Assembly: GCA_951406725.2 (NCBI GenBank)
Contig: OX597838.1
Span: 32,550,001-32,614,000 of the forward strand
Direction of reading: 5' to 3'
Length of the DNA: 64,000 nt
DNA from: Octopus vulgaris
Taxonomy: Eukaryota
Part shown: piece after piece, positions 62,385 through 64,000 of the stretch
Layout of the letters: each line of letters starts with the position of its first letter
Numbering within the stretch: the first letter of the stretch is position 1
Translations under genes and position numbers: made by a program
Notes under the pieces: model-generated
What the model saw: only the letters and a program-made list of their open reading frames with translations
Databases searched by the model: none
What the model was told of the DNA's origin: nothing

Positions 62385-63027
62385 AGTGTTTCTCAACCAT
62401 TTTTCTGGTGCTGGTGTGTTTACATCCCTGTAACTTAGCAGCTCGGCAAAAGAGACCAATAGAATAAGTACTAGGCTTACAAAAAATAAGTCCCGAGGTC
62501 GATCTCTTTGACTAAAAACCCTTCAAGGTGGTGCTCCAGCATGGCCGCAGTCAAATGACTGAAACAAGTAAAAGAATAAAAGAAGTGTCTTCTACTATAG
62601 CCTCGGGCCGACCAAAGCCTTGTGAGTGGATTTGGTAGACGGAAACTGCAAGAAGCCCGTCGTATATGTGTATATATATGTATATATATATATGCATGTG
62701 TGTGTTTGTGTGTCTGTGTTTGTCCCCCTAGCATTGCTTGACAACCGATGCTGGTGTGTTTATGTTCCTGTTACTTAGCAGTTCGGCAAAAGAGCCTGTT
62801 AGAATAAGTACTGGGCTTACAAAAGAATAAGCCTCGGGATCGAGCTGCTCGATTAAAAGCGGTGCTCCAGCATGGCCTCAGTCAAATGACTGAAACAAGT
62901 AAAAGAGAGAAAGAGAGAATATAAATAAAATAGTTTTTACACACCAAATGAGTTATGAGGGACCAATCCCTTCAGTAAAATAGGAATCAAAAGGGCCCAT
63001 GGGTAAAAAATGGTTGGGGACCACCAA
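62385..63027. mobile_element. hAT/Charlie-like MITE interrupted by SINE pieces
   Basis: Ends cagtgtttctcaaccattt and aaaatggttggggaccacc. SINE-A segments lie at 62408-62920. Confidence 0.55.
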
Positions 63028-63572
63028 TTTAGAGTGTCTCTTAATGGATTTAGGTAGTCCTATATAGAAAGGCCTTACTTATTCTAATATCTTTTTACCC
63101 ATTACTTCACTCAATCCAGTCCCCATCCCCACCATACACACACAAATTAATTAACCAATACGTCAATATAATTATCCAATATCAACCAACATATCAACAC
63201 ATTCCTAAACTTTCCTCCTTAGTTTCTCCTCATATCAGCTGTCCCATCTTCACCCAATCAGCTGTCCCATTTTCACCCAAACAGCTTTCTCATTTTTAAA
63301 TGACAAGCTGACCCACTCTCACACAACAGGACGTCCCATTTTCACACAAAAACACAATTTAGTCCTCCCATTAAATCGTTTTAGATAAGATATTCTTCTT
63401 TCTTTTTTTTTTTTTGTCACCATTGTTTTACCATTTCCTTATGATTTCCTATTTTTCTAAACACTTCCAAAATTTTATTTCAGTTACACTGTTTGAAATA
63501 CTTACCAAAAAAACCTGTCGATATTTTATTATTAATCTCTAATTTTTAAACAAAAATCTAAGACTATTTCTC

Positions 63573-64000
63573 CATCGTTTAACGTCCGCTTTCCATACTA
63601 GCATGGGTTGGACGATTTTGACTGAGGGCTGGCGAACCAGATGGCTGCACCAGGCTCCAATTTTGATTTGGCAGAGTTTCTACAGCTGGATGCCCTTCCT
63701 AACACTAACCACTCCGAGAGTGTAGTCTGTGCTTTTTACGTTCCACCGGCATGGGGGCCAGTCAAGCGGTACTGGCAATGACCTTGCTCAAATCCTTTCA
63801 CACATGCCACCAGCACAGGTGCCAGTAAGGTGCGATCACACTCGAATGGTGCCCTTTTATGTGCCACTGGCACAGAAGCCAGTTGGCTGCTCTGGCAACG
63901 ATCATGATCAGATAGTGCTCTTGGCACTTTACTAGCACGGGCACAAGTGCCAGTAAGGCGGAGCTGGTAATGATCACACTCGAATGGTGCCCTTTTATGT
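63573..64000 (-). mobile_element. SINE family C running off the window end
   Basis: Tail plus several internal modules. Confidence 0.85.

Noticed and set aside
59248-64000. Next kinase exon (RLFFVMEYVNGGDL)
   Set aside because: Not found; presumably downstream of the window.

Overview
AT-rich, microsatellite-dense eukaryotic genomic DNA. The SINE families look like those of Octopus (inference from memory of those families). The window holds the middle of a + strand novel-type protein kinase C gene (PKC epsilon/eta class, Aplysia Apl II-like). Eight well-supported coding exons splice in consistent phase and encode the pseudosubstrate, C1A, C1B, hinge and kinase N-lobe. The C2 exons and the rest of the kinase lie outside the window. 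Two frame-symmetric hinge microexon candidates (30 and 39 nt) are also present. The introns contain an uninterrupted 1060-aa R4/Dong-type RT-RLE retrotransposon inside a (TAA)n tract, plus mariner/Tc1, piggyBac-MITE, Helentron-type, RTE, CR1-like and L1/Tx1-like remnants and dozens of SINEs. The most unexpected signal is a dense set of short non-coding inserts carrying minimal type I hammerhead ribozyme folds, from at least six sequence families. These include a 353-bp terminally redundant retrozyme-like insert with a TSD, lying sense just upstream of a PKC exon, and a palindromic tRNA-headed SINE with a hammerhead-bearing Penelope-like tail. All calls were made by eye, and repeat boundaries are approximate.
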